DNA of 64,000 nucleotides from the NCBI GenBank assembly GCA_963700745.1, contig CAVOYT010000012.1:350408-414407 (forward strand), in the 5' to 3' direction. A model generated the notes under the pieces. It had not been told where the DNA came from. It did no database searches and worked only from the letters and a program-made list of their open reading frames with translations. Within the stretch, counting starts at the first letter, position 1. Every line of letters starts with the position of its first letter. The translations under genes were made by a program, and so were the position numbers. Positions 30,479 through 41,989 of the stretch are shown in pieces. The DNA comes from an uncultured bacterium. GTDB lineage: Bacteria; Actinomycetota; Actinomycetes; S36-B12.

Positions 30479-31585
30479 TCATCGTGTTCCTCCATTGCCG
30501 TTCGTGCCGGGTTGGTTCAGTCGGGCAGCCAGCCAGTCGGCTGTCTTGTTGCGATGCTTGGCCGCGACGTTCATGCAGCCGTGGTTGCCGTCGGGGAGCA
30601 TGAGCAGGGTGCCGCCGCTCTCGGCGGCCAGCTGCTCGGCCTCGGCTGCGGGAATGAGTCGGTCGCGAGCGCCGAAGACGATCAGCAGCGGGCAGCGGAT
30701 GTCCTGCGCGCGCCCGGCGAGGGTCAGTTGCCGCCCGTACTCGTGCGCGGACTGCTGGTCGGGCTGGTGGGATCGGAACGTGAACGTCCGCCGGGTGAGC
30801 TCGGGCAGGCCCTCCCATACGCGACCCCAGTCGAAGGGTCCGGCCAGAGCGACGCAGGCCTTGAGCCGATGCTCCCCGCTGGCCATTCGCGGCGCGTAGT
30901 AGCCGCCCAGCGACACTCCCCAGACACCGATCCGATCCCCATCGAGGTCGTCCCGCTCCACGATGGCATCGACGATGGCGGTGCCGACGTCCTCCCAGGC
31001 CGGCTCGATCGGGAGCGCGTACTCGGACTCCCCCTGACCCGGGCCGTCGATCGCCAAGGTCGCCATGCCTCGGTCCAGGAACAGCTGCTCGGTGCTGCGC
31101 AGCTCCTCCTTGGTGGAGTCCAAACCACTGATCATGATCACGACTGGCGGTCGCACGACGCCCTTCGGCTTGCGCAGGATCGCGGGCATCGGGAAGCCCT
31201 TGAACTCGACCGTCAAGCGCTCGCCGGGTGGGTCGAGGTAGGGAAGGGCGTCGTTGAGGCAGCGGACTGCCATCTCGTGCGCGCGCTTCATGGTGTCGGG
31301 ATAGTCCACGAAGACGAACTTCGCGAAGTGGTAGTAGACGGCGGCCGTGCTCAGGTGGTTGCCTGCCGAGCGGAAGCGTTCGTCGGCCAGCGCCTCGCGC
31401 CCGAGGTCCTCGTGCACCGAGCCAGCCGCGATCCACGCGTCGGCCCAGTCGGCCCAGGCCAGCACCGAACCCGTGACGGACATGAAGTCCGATACTGCGA
31501 CGCCGTTGGTGGTGAAGCGCGGAGCCCAGTGCGCGATTGCCTCGCGCACCAGGGTGTCCTGCTCTGCCATCGTTCCTCCGCTCAT
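30479..31585 (-). CDS. Alpha/beta hydrolase, 2,6-dihydroxypseudooxynicotine-hydrolase-like
   Basis: GLDSTKEE, LDRGMAT..DGPGQGE, GVSLGG nucleophile elbow and DGNHGC..N. Confidence 0.8.
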   Translation of the reverse strand: MSGGTMAEQDTLVREAIAHWAPRFTTNGVAVSDFMSVTGSVLAWADWADAWIAAGSVHEDLGREALADERFRSAGNHLSTAAVYYHFAKFVFVDYPDTMKRAHEMAVRCLNDALPYLDPPGERLTVEFKGFPMPAILRKPKGVVRPPVVIMISGLDSTKEELRSTEQLFLDRGMATLAIDGPGQGESEYALPIEPAWEDVGTAIVDAIVERDDLDGDRIGVWGVSLGGYYAPRMASGEHRLKACVALAGPFDWGRVWEGLPELTRRTFTFRSHQPDQQSAHEYGRQLTLAGRAQDIRCPLLIVFGARDRLIPAAEAEQLAAESGGTLLMLPDGNHGCMNVAAKHRNKTADWLAARLNQPGTNGNGGTR

Positions 31586-32706
31586 ACCGACACCAACCCG
31601 CCCTGGAGGTGGTGGATGTCCTCGTAGCCCCCGTCCGACACGATGACCATCTCGCCGGTCTGCACGCCCGCCCGGTGATCGAGGGTCGTGACATTGGGCT
31701 GGACGACGACCGACATGCCGTCGCGCAGGACGACATCGGGCGCGTGAGCCGGGATCCGGGAGGTGGTCGTGCCGATCGGCTCGAGGTAGCCCATGCCGAG
31801 CCCGTGGAAGAGGTCGTCCGTCGTGGTGTAGCCCGCGTCCTCGACCACGGCAGAGGCCGCGATCAGGTCCCGCGCGGGGGCGCCCGGGCGGATCGCGGCG
31901 CGAACGGCATCCCGTGCCGTCATGGCCACCGCGTGCAGGGCCCGGTACTCGTCCGTCGGCTCCCCCATCGTGACGGTCCGCAGCACCTGCCCCGGGTACT
32001 CCGGCGCGACCGAGGCGCTGAGCTCGAACGTCACCACCGATCCGGCGGCGAGCATGCGCCCTTCGGGGGCCTGACTTGGGACATCGCGATCCGGAGCCGC
32101 CATGTCGGTCACGCAGATGTAGCAGATGTGGTCCCGGGCACCGAGCCGCGTGTAGGCGTCACGAGCCGCGGCGAGCAGGTCCCAGTCCGAGGCCCCCGGG
32201 ACGCAGGCGTCGATGAGGGCCTGGCCCGCCACGTCGCTCGCCTGCGCGCCGAGGCGCAGTGCCGCCCGCTCCTCCTCGGACTTCACCATCCGGATCCGAG
32301 CGTGCTCCGCGTCGATCGGGATCAGGGGGACTCCGTTGGCCTCGGCCCGTGAGCGGACGTTCCCCGGCACCGGGCCAAACGTGGCGATCGGGCCGCCTCC
32401 GGCAAGCAGGTCGCCGACCATTCGGTCGTCCACGTCGCGCACGTCGGTCTCGACGGCGACGCGCCGCGCGCTCGGGACGTGGTTGTGGAACTCGACCCAC
32501 AGCGTGCTGACCGATCGCGGTGAGCCGCTGCGCCGCGAAGCGCGTGACCGGCCAGCCGGTGAGGTACGTGACCGGTATTCCCGACCGGTTCGCCCCGAAC
32601 GCCAGCACGATGCTGGCACCAGCGTCCTCGCGATCGCCAGCGTCGCAGCTCGCCGTTGGCGGTATTCACCGGGCGAGAAGGCGTGGGTCAGGACGGGACC
32701 GGGCAT
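31582..32706 (-). CDS. Second M24-fold hydrolase with degenerate metal site (indels 32500-32640)
   Basis: RMVKSEEE, FHGLG and VQPN; YLTGW lies in an alternative frame. Confidence 0.75.
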   Translation of the reverse strand: MPGPVLTHAFSPGEYRQRRAATLAIARTLVPASCWRSGRTGREYRSRTSPAGRSRASRRSGSPRSVSTLWVEFHNHVPSARRVAVETDVRDVDDRMVGDLLAGGGPIATFGPVPGNVRSRAEANGVPLIPIDAEHARIRMVKSEEERAALRLGAQASDVAGQALIDACVPGASDWDLLAAARDAYTRLGARDHICYICVTDMAAPDRDVPSQAPEGRMLAAGSVVTFELSASVAPEYPGQVLRTVTMGEPTDEYRALHAVAMTARDAVRAAIRPGAPARDLIAASAVVEDAGYTTTDDLFHGLGMGYLEPIGTTTSRIPAHAPDVVLRDGMSVVVQPNVTTLDHRAGVQTGEMVIVSDGGYEDIHHLQGGLVSV

Positions 32707-32708
32707 GG

Positions 32709-33445
32709 TCAGTGGCCACCCGCCCGGCCCAGGTACATCGAGGCGACCTCCGGATTGTCCGCGATTCCGTCGGCGTCGCCGGTGAGCCGGATCAGCCCGC
32801 CCTCCATGACGACTCCATGGGTAGCGAGGTTCATGCCGAGCCGCACGTTCTGCTCGACGAGCAGCACCGATCGTCCGTCAGCCGCCATGCCCCGGATGAC
32901 CTCGGCGACCTTCGCGACGGACTTCGGGTCGAGGCCCAGCGAAGGCTCATCCATCAGCACGATGGACGGGTCCAGCATCAGCGCGCGTCCGATCTCGACC
33001 ATGCGTCGCTGGCCGCCGTAGAGGTTCCCGGCCTTCTCCTGGGCCCGCTCCTTGACGAGGGGGACGAGGTCCTCGACCATCGCCATCCGCTCGTTCAGCA
33101 GCGGAACGATCCCTCCGGATGACGTAGCCGCCCATGAGGATGTTCTCGCGAACCGTCATCTCCGGGAAGAGTGCCCGGCTCTGCGGCACCTGGGCGATCC
33201 CCAACTGGAGAATCGTCCGCCGGCGACCTCCCGACCAGCTCGGTCCCGCGCGAGCGACGCCGATCCCTGGCGGCCTTGAGCAGTCCGCTGATGACCCGCA
33301 GAACCGTGCTCTTCCCGGCGCCGTTGGGTCCGACGATGCAGGTGATCGTGCCGGCCTCCAGCTCCCAGGGAGATCGCCCTGGAGCACGCAGGCCGCCGCC
33401 GTAGCCGGCCTCGATGTCGGTCAACTGCAGGGCCATGTCAGGCAT
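32709..33445 (-). CDS. ABC ATP-binding protein, LivF-like (multiple indels)
   Basis: GPNGAGKST, GGQRRMVEIGRAL, DEPSLGL and VEQN motifs. Confidence 0.85.
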
Positions 33446-35259
33446 CGGGCGTCTCCAGCATCTCGTCGGGGCCGAGGTACGCCTCGATGACCAGCGGGTC
33501 GTTGCGGATCGCCTCGGCGTGCCCGAGGTGAGGATCTTCACCGCCCGCCAGCACGTTGACCGTGTCGCACAGGCTGAGCACGAGCGGGATGTTGTGCTCG
33601 ACGATGAGCACGGTCGTGCCGGCCTCGTTCAGCTTGCGGATGACGGCGGCAAGCTTGTCGATCAGCGTCGGGTTGATGCCGCTCGCCGGCTCGTCCAGCA
33701 GGATGATGCTGCGGTCGCAGCATCAGGACCTGCGCCAGTTCAACGAGCTTCTGCTGCCCGAAGCTCAAGCGCCGCGGCGTTCTGCTTCTCGAACTCCTGC
33801 AGGCCCATGAACGCCAGGACACCGCGAGCCCGTTCGACCTCGTCGCCGCTGTAGCGACCGGCCACCATCTGGCCGGCACTCGTCTTCTCCAGCGGCGCGA
33901 CGAGGTTGTCCAGGACGGTCATCGACTTGAACAGCCGGGTGATCTGGAAGGTGCGACCGAGCCCGTCATGCGCGCGCGGTCCAGACCTGTTCGGACGTGA
34001 TGTCCCTGCCGTCGAGCAGCACCTGCCGACGTCGGCCGGAAGGTGCCGGTCATGCAGTTGAACAACGTCGTCTTGCCCGAGCCGTTCGGACCGATGAGCC
34101 CGGTGATGCTGCCCCGCTTGACCGAGAGGCTGACGCCATCGACGGCGGCGACGCCACCGAACGTCTTCACAAGGTCCCGGACCTCGAGCACGGTGTCACC
34201 GGACGTCGAGCCGGCCTGTGCTCTCGCCGCGATCAGGGAGGTGTCGACATCGCTGGACGACGAGGCGATCGAGGTCTGGTCGATGAACTTGACCGAGCCA
34301 CCCTTCGCACGTCGGCGCGCGAGTCTCGCGCTGAGGGTCGGCAGCAGCCCGGCCGGCAGGAACATCACCGTCAGGATCAGGATGATGCCCATGATCAGCA
34401 CGCGCGCGCTGACGCCGCCCGAACTCGTTGTCGCGAACTCGTTGGCGATGGCGACGACGAATCCGCCGATCACCGGCCCCCACAGCGTGCCCCTGCCACC
34501 GATGAGGGCGGCGAGCACGAGGTAGACGCTGGTCAGGATGGCGAACGCGCCGAGGGGATTCACGAAGCCGAGGTACTGCCCGTAGAGGGCGCCGGCGGCG
34601 CCGAACGGGATGGCGCTCAGCGTGTAGGCCGTGACCTTGTAGACGGTGGTGTTGATGCCGATCGACCCGGCCTTGCCCTCGTCGTTGCGGATCGACACGA
34701 GTCCCGCGCCGAGCCGTGAGTTCATGACGAAGGCGGCCAGCAGGATCGTGAGGATCATCAGGGCGAGGAAGATGTAGAAGTAGGGAGTCGGACCAAGATC
34801 GACCGCCCACGCCGGTTGCGGGATGATCAGGCCGTCGGATCCTCCCGTGAGCTTCTTCAGGTTGGCGGCCAGCAGCTGGAAGGACAGCAGCACCGCGATC
34901 GTGATGATGACGAAGGCGTGGCTCCTGGTCCGAAGCACGATCAGGCCGATGCCCAGCGCGACCAGGGCCGCCATGGCGGCGCCCAGCGGCATGAGCCACA
35001 TCGGATCGATCCCCCACGCCTTGCCGAGGATCGCCCCCGTGTACATGCCGATGCCGAGGTAGACGCTGTGCCCCAGCGAGACGTAGCCGGCCAGGCCGCT
35101 GATCAGGTTCCAGCCCGACGCCATGATGGCGAACAGGAAGCACACGATGAGGACGGACTGCTGGTACTTGCTGTCCGGTACGAGGATCGGCACGAGGGCG
35201 ACGAGCGCGAGCAGGATGACCGGAACGAACACCCTGGGCTTCTTCAGGTGATCGATCAT
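33438..35259 (-). CDS. Fused LivM-like permease / LivG-like ATPase (indels in the ATPase part)
   Basis: WNLISGLAGYVSLGH and GG.GTLWGP permease motifs in frame with GPNGSGKTT; later frames give LSFGQQKL and VEHN. Confidence 0.8.
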
Positions 35260-36131
35260 GCGGCGACGTCCTCCCGCGTCCGGGTGCCCATGAGGCCCTG
35301 CGGGCGGAAGATCAGGATCAGCAGGATCGTCCCGTAGAAGAACAGCGAGGACCACTGCGGCCAGTACGTGTTGGCGAAGGCCTCGGTCATGCCCAGGATG
35401 AGGCTGCCGATGACCGCGCCCGGAATGCTGCCGAAGCCGCCCAGCACCACGATGCCGAGGAGGCGGGCGATCCAGTCGTACTGGGTGGCCGGATAGATCG
35501 GGTACATGATCGCGAGCAGGACGCCGCCGACGCCCGCGGTCGCGGCGCCGATGCCGAAGGCGAACGCCGATGTCTTCACGCTCGAGATGCCGACGAGCGC
35601 CGCGCCGTCCTTGTTCTGAGCCGAGGCGCGCAGCGCCCGCCCGGCCCACGACAGGCGCAGGTACGCGTACATCAGGCCCAGCACGAGCATGCCGATGATG
35701 CCGGAGATCAGCTGCGGCATCGGGAGGACGAGGTCACCGATGGTGAACGAGGAGGTGAAGTACGGCGGCGTGACGGACTTGAACTTGTTGCCGAAGACCA
35801 GGTTGAGGATTCCCTCAAGGGTCAGGGCGACGCCGAACATGAGGAGGACGGTCATGCCCGGTCCCTGCGGGGCCACCCGCATCACCATGCCTCGGTAGAT
35901 CACCCACCCGAGGCCGAACATCATCGCGCCGGTGACGGGGATGAGCAGGAGCGGCTCGATACCGAACAGGTCCCAGATCTGCCACGTGAAGAGCGCCGAG
36001 AAGACGAGGAACGCGCCCTGGGCCACGTTCACGACGTCGAGGACGCCGAAGATGAGGGTCACGCCGGATGCCAGGAGGGCGTAGACGCCGCCGAGCAGCA
36101 ACCCGTAGGCGAGCACCTGCACGATTTCCAC
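35256..36131 (-). CDS. LivH-like ABC permease
   Basis: YALLASG.TLIFGVLDVVN.A.G, GRALRA and VVLGGFGS motifs. Confidence 0.9.
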   Translation of the reverse strand: MEIVQVLAYGLLLGGVYALLASGVTLIFGVLDVVNVAQGAFLVFSALFTWQIWDLFGIEPLLLIPVTGAMMFGLGWVIYRGMVMRVAPQGPGMTVLLMFGVALTLEGILNLVFGNKFKSVTPPYFTSSFTIGDLVLPMPQLISGIIGMLVLGLMYAYLRLSWAGRALRASAQNKDGAALVGISSVKTSAFAFGIGAATAGVGGVLLAIMYPIYPATQYDWIARLLGIVVLGGFGSIPGAVIGSLILGMTEAFANTYWPQWSSLFFYGTILLILIFRPQGLMGTRTREDVAA

Positions 36132-36226
36132 TGATCACACCTTTCGAGACGTGGGTTCGTCAGAGGGGAACGTCCGGCGGTCAAGCCGCCGCGCGGCGGA
36201 GCGCCGCGGCACGTCCGCTCGTGCGA

Positions 36227-36266
36227 CTGATCCGTGCGGGGGCACAGGTGCCCCCGCACGGATCAG
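36227..36266 (-). terminator. Perfect 19-bp inverted repeat downstream of the SBP gene (attenuating or mRNA-stabilising hairpin)
   Basis: CTGATCCGTGCGGGGGCAC-AG-GTGCCCCCGCACGGATCAG. Confidence 0.7.
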
Positions 36267-36274
36267 GTCGACTG

Positions 36275-37589
36275 CTACTGCCAGGCCGGCTTCGGCATCA
36301 CGAGGGTGTCGGTCGTGGCAGCCGCCGGCGGCTGCACGATCTGAACCTCGCCGCTCTGCCACTGCGCCAGCAGGAAGTCGCCCTGCGGGCGTCCGATCTC
36401 GTCCCACGAGAGGTCGCCGAGGATCGTCGACACGGAGTTGGCGTGCAGCCAGTCCTTGAGTGCGACGTTGTCCAGGCCACCGGTGCCCTCCACCGCAGCG
36501 GCGAGGACCTCAGCCGCGGCATAGGCATCCGCCGCATCCTCGGCCGGGACTCCGGCACCGTTCTGCGCCTCGAAGGTGGCCAGGAACTGCTCGTTACCGG
36601 GAGTCTGGGCCTTCTCGCTCCACGAGACGGCGTAGAAGATGCCCTCCTCATTGCCCGTTCCGATGGCGTCGGTGAACTGGGCGCCGTTGCTGGGCGCGGA
36701 CGTCTGGAACATGATGTTCGGGCTGTAGCCGACCTGCACCAGGCTCTTCACCAGGCTGACGCCGTCCTCGAACACCGCACCCTGAGCGATCACGTCCGGC
36801 TTGGCCGCAGCGATCTTGCTGGCGAACGGCTGCAGGTTCGTCGTCTCCGGCGGGTAGACCTCGGAGTAGACGGTCTCGACGCCCATCGCCTCGAGCTGCG
36901 CCTGCATGGACTCGATGACCGGTGCGGCGAACGGGTCATCCTGGGTCACGTAGGCGGCGGTCTTCGGCTTCTGGTCGTCCGGCAGACCGGAGATCATGTT
37001 GACGAAGGGATTGGCCTGATCGGGCGCGATGGCCTGCTGGGCGAAGAAGTAGAACGACGGGTTCGCCTCGAAGATCTTCGGCGAGCCGCCTGCCGGGGCG
37101 ACAAGCACCATCTGGTTGTTCTCGGCAACCGTCGAGGCCGGGAAGTTCAGCAGGGACGAGAACGTCCCGAGCAGCAGGTCGACCTTCTCGTTGCTGATCA
37201 GGTTGTTGTAGTCGGTGACGACCTGCTCCTGGCTGCTGGCATCGTCGAGGATGACGAGCTCGACCTGGCGGCCGAGGAGGCCACCGGCGGCGTTGATGTC
37301 CGCCGACCCAGGCTTCGTAGCCCTGCTTGGCGGCGCCACCGGGCTGGGAGAAGTCACCGGTGAGTGGCAGGGAGATGCCGATCCGGATCGGGTCCGTGGA
37401 CCCGGCGGCGTCGGCCGATGCCGCCGCGGATGCGGCCGCCGACGAGGCGGCAGGGGCCTCGGACGCCGCGGAGCTCTCGCTGCTGCTGCTCGAGCCGCAG
37501 GCGCTGAGCACCAGGCCTGCTACGGCGACCGACGCCACAAGGGCACCGGCGCGAATTCGTCGGCTGGGCCGACCCAACGCTTGATTCAT
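36275..37589 (-). CDS. LivJ-type ABC substrate-binding lipoprotein (indel near 37310)
   Basis: Signal peptide with LSAC lipobox, Ser/Ala linker, IGISLPLTG and INAAGGLLGR. Confidence 0.88.
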
Positions 37590-37607
37590 GCGTAACCTCC
37601 AGTTAGC

Positions 37608-37619
37608 GCAATCGATTGC
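37608..37619. promoter_or_regulatory. LacI-type operator (GCAATCGATTGC)
   Basis: Perfect palindrome 18 nt upstream of the SBP ATG in a divergent gap. Confidence 0.8.
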
Positions 37620-37780
37620 AATACCCGGACCATGTACTCTCCGGGAGCCCTTGTCAACGGTTTCCGCCATTTTGTTTCCTATTTGACACCGTACGAGGAA
37701 TACGCGATGCTTGCCCCTCTTGTCGCAGTGTCCGGCCACGCCGCACGGACTATGCTCACGATTGCAGAAAGGCCGGTGAC

Positions 37781-38659
37781 ATGACCAGCACCCGCTCCCT
37801 CGTCGTGGGGCAGTTCAGCGCCTCCCCCGTGCTCGCGGTCGCCCGCACCCTGGACATCGACTCCCGACACGGACTCACCATCACCACCACGCGCGTCCCT
37901 TCCTCCCCAGGCCAGTTCACCTCGCTGCGCGACGGGACGATCGACGTCGCGATCACCAGTCCCGACAACGTGCTGCTGTACGCCACCACCGACCACAACC
38001 CCGTGGGTGAGCGGCTCGACATCCGGATGATCCGGGCGATCGACCGCGGACTTGGCCTGACCCTCGTCACCGCACCGTCCATCACCACCGTCGATGAGCT
38101 CCGGGGAGCCGCGCTGGGGGTCGACGTGATCCGTTCCGGCTTCGCCCTTCTGCTCTTCACCATGCTCGAGCGACTCGGCCTCGATCGATCGGACGTCACG
38201 TTCCCCGAGCATGGATCGACCCCGAAGCGGCTCGAGAGCCTGCTGGCGGGGGACATCGACGGGACCATCCTCAATGCGGAGTCCCGGATCGCGGCTCTCG
38301 CCGCAGGCATGCGCCCCTGGTCCACGTCGGTAGACGTCTCACCGCACTACCTCGGAACGGTGCTGGCCGTTCCCGCCGGCTTCGACGCAGACACGGCTCG
38401 CGCCCTGGTGTCGCTGTGGGACGAGGTGACCGCCTGGCTGCTCAAGGCCGACGAGGCGGACGTGATCGACGTGCTGGGGAGCGCCAGCCCGGTCCTGGGG
38501 AGCGCAGACTACGTCCGACTGCTGCGTGACCCCGCCTTCGGCCTGCTGCGGGATCCCGCGGTGGCCGTCTCTGATCTGGAGGTCCTCACCTCGATCCGGC
38601 GCGGGTGCGGCGCATACGCGCCCGATGACACCGACCTGCCCGCGTTGGTCGGCCTGTGA
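37781..38659 (+). CDS. NMT1/THI5-like periplasmic-binding-fold protein with no obvious signal peptide
   Basis: L.DG.IDVAITSPDN, ELRG..LGVD...SGFA and GSTPKR..L..G pattern. Confidence 0.6.
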   Translation: MTSTRSLVVGQFSASPVLAVARTLDIDSRHGLTITTTRVPSSPGQFTSLRDGTIDVAITSPDNVLLYATTDHNPVGERLDIRMIRAIDRGLGLTLVTAPSITTVDELRGAALGVDVIRSGFALLLFTMLERLGLDRSDVTFPEHGSTPKRLESLLAGDIDGTILNAESRIAALAAGMRPWSTSVDVSPHYLGTVLAVPAGFDADTARALVSLWDEVTAWLLKADEADVIDVLGSASPVLGSADYVRLLRDPAFGLLRDPAVAVSDLEVLTSIRRGCGAYAPDDTDLPALVGL

Positions 38660-39822
38660 GCCAGTGGTCCGTCGAGCGGACCATTCGGTTCCTCCCCTTC
38701 GCCGTCTTCGTCGCAACCTTCGACCGCGCGGTCGTCGCCCCGATGCTCGTCGGCATGGGCCAGGACTTCGATGTGGACCTGTCCACCATCACCCTGGCCG
38801 CGAGCGCCTACTACCTCGCCTATGGGCTCGCCCAGCCGGTGTGGGGCCTCGTGTCCGACCGACTCGGCCGCATCGCCACCATGCGCCTGGCGCTCGTGCT
38901 GGCCGGTGTCATGGATCTGGTCAGCGTCATCCCGATGTCGATCGAGCCGTTCATCTTCACGCGGGCGATCGCCGGAGCCATGATGGCCGGTGTCTTCCCC
39001 ACCGCGGTGATCTTCATCGGCGACACGATCGAGGACAACAACCGACGACAACCGGCGATCGCCAGCCTGCAGACCGGCGTCGCCCTCGGGCTCACCCTCG
39101 GCACGGTCCTCGGCGGCATCGGCATCGCCACGATCGGCTGGCAGGCGTTCTTCATCTCCACCGCGATCGCGTGCTTCATCATCGCGTGGGTCGTGCGCGA
39201 CATGCCCAACCCCAAGCCAGGTGCCGACCGGGTTCCTGCGCTCGAGTCCTTCCGCGTGGTGCTGTCCAACCATTGGTCGTGGGTGCTGTACGCCCTGGTC
39301 TTCGTGGAGGCCGGGGTGCTCCTCGGCGTATTCGCCCTGGTCCCTGCCTCGCTCGAGCAGACAGGTACCAGCGCCGCCGTCGCGGGCATTGCGGCCGCCG
39401 GTTACGGGATCTCGGTGCTGCTGACCTCGATGGTCGTCCGCCGCGTGGCCGTACGGGTGCCCGCGCACCGGTTCCTGCTGGTGGGTGGGGTGTCCGCCTC
39501 GCTCGGCTTCGCGCTGCTGGCGGTCAGCGTCACGCCCGCGACCGTGTTCATCAGCGTGGCCCTGCAGGGGATCGCCTGGGTGGGCATGCACACGACCCTC
39601 CAGACGTGGGCGACCACGCTGTCCAACCGCGCCCGCGCCACCGCGGTGTCGCTGTTCGCGGGGTTCATGTTCCTCGGCAACGGGGTCGGCGCGTCCATCG
39701 CCGGATACGTTCTCGACTTCGAGGGCTCCACCGCCCTCTTCCTCGGCGCGACGCTCGTCATGATCGCGCTCACCGTCGCGTCGGTGATCAGCCGGCTCCG
39801 ATACTCCGTTCGCCTAGGCTGA
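38656..39822 (+). CDS. MFS transporter
   Basis: About 12 hydrophobic segments and GLVSDRLGR motif A. Confidence 0.9.
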   Translation: MSQWSVERTIRFLPFAVFVATFDRAVVAPMLVGMGQDFDVDLSTITLAASAYYLAYGLAQPVWGLVSDRLGRIATMRLALVLAGVMDLVSVIPMSIEPFIFTRAIAGAMMAGVFPTAVIFIGDTIEDNNRRQPAIASLQTGVALGLTLGTVLGGIGIATIGWQAFFISTAIACFIIAWVVRDMPNPKPGADRVPALESFRVVLSNHWSWVLYALVFVEAGVLLGVFALVPASLEQTGTSAAVAGIAAAGYGISVLLTSMVVRRVAVRVPAHRFLLVGGVSASLGFALLAVSVTPATVFISVALQGIAWVGMHTTLQTWATTLSNRARATAVSLFAGFMFLGNGVGASIAGYVLDFEGSTALFLGATLVMIALTVASVISRLRYSVRLG

Positions 39823-39826
39823 GCCC

Positions 39827-40846
39827 GTGTCGGCCACGCTGAAGGACATCGCCAAGAAGCTGGGGATCCACCCGGCCACCGTCTCCCGCGCGCTCAACCC
39901 GCGCACGGCGCACCTCGTCAACGACGCGACCGTCACCCGAGTGCGCAAGGCCGCCCTCGCGATGAACTACGTGCCGAACCCGATGGCCTCCGGCCTTCGG
40001 ACATCCCGCTCCCACACGATCGGCGTGGTGATTCCCGACCTCACCAACCCGCTGTTCCCCGGAATGGTGCGCGGCATCCAGGACACGCTGTCGCGCGCGG
40101 GGTACACGCCGTTGCTCGTCAACACGGACAACGACCCGGAGTCCGAGGAGCAGATGGTGGCCTCCCTAAGCGCCCGGAGGGTCGACGGCTTCATCCTCGC
40201 CACGGCGCGCCGAGACCATCCGTTGCTCGTGGACCTGAGCGAGAAGTACCCCGTGGTGCTCATCAACCGCGTCACTGAGAGCGTGCAGCTGCCCTCGGTC
40301 GCGGCCGACGAGCAACACGGCATCCGGCTGGCCGTCGAGCACCTGTACGGGCTCGGGCACCGCGTGATCGCCCATGTCGCCGGACCGACCTGGTCGTCCA
40401 CAGGCCACGAGCGATCGCAGGCGTTCACGCGGTCCATGCGCGATCACGGGCTCAGCGTCGCCAAGCACATCGTCGCCGTGGATGCCTGGAGCGTCGACTC
40501 CGCCAAGGACGCCGCCCACCGCCTGCTGACCGCCGACCCCATGATCACCGCGGTCGTGGCGGCGAACGACCAGCTGGCCATCGGCACCATCGCGGCCGCC
40601 CGTCAGCTCAAGCGCAGGTGCCCGCGGGACATCAGCGTGGTCGGCTACAACGACATGCCGTTCATGGACATCGTCGACCCACCACTCACGACCGTGCGCG
40701 TGCCCCAGAACGAGATCGGCTCGGAGGCGGCCCGGCTGATCCTCAGCCTGCTCGTCGAGGACGGGGCCACCCCGATCAAGCAGGTGCGCCTTACCCCGGA
40801 GCTGGTCGTCCGCGGGTCGACGGCGCCGCCCCGCCCGGGCAGGTAG
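39827..40846 (+). CDS. LacI-family transcriptional regulator
   Basis: [26 protein letters not shown] hinge, DISVVGYND and PPLTTV. Confidence 0.95.
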   Translation: MSATLKDIAKKLGIHPATVSRALNPRTAHLVNDATVTRVRKAALAMNYVPNPMASGLRTSRSHTIGVVIPDLTNPLFPGMVRGIQDTLSRAGYTPLLVNTDNDPESEEQMVASLSARRVDGFILATARRDHPLLVDLSEKYPVVLINRVTESVQLPSVAADEQHGIRLAVEHLYGLGHRVIAHVAGPTWSSTGHERSQAFTRSMRDHGLSVAKHIVAVDAWSVDSAKDAAHRLLTADPMITAVVAANDQLAIGTIAAARQLKRRCPRDISVVGYNDMPFMDIVDPPLTTVRVPQNEIGSEAARLILSLLVEDGATPIKQVRLTPELVVRGSTAPPRPGR

Positions 40847-40889
40847 CTCGCGCCCCACTTCGTCCCGCCACGTAGTCGAAGGAGACACA

Positions 40890-41885
<996 letters not shown>

Positions 41886-41893
41886 CCCCTTTC

Positions 41894-41955
41894 GTTGAGT
41901 GGTCGGTGGCGCACCGATCGCCTTCGGCGATCTGGTGCGCCACCGACCACTCAAC
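41894..41955. repeat. Long palindromic (REP-like or bidirectional terminator) element
   Basis: GTTGAGTGGTCGGTGGCGCACC...GGTGCGCCACCGACCACTCAAC 22-bp perfect arms between convergent genes. Confidence 0.8.
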
Positions 41956-41989
41956 AGGGGGTGACAGGGGCAATCGGAGATCGGGCTCC

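Noticed and set aside
24858-31585. Canonical nicotine or nicotinate pathway
   Set aside because: No recognisable 6-hydroxynicotine oxidase, dihydroxypyridine hydroxylase, nicC/nicX/nicF or enamidase in the window.
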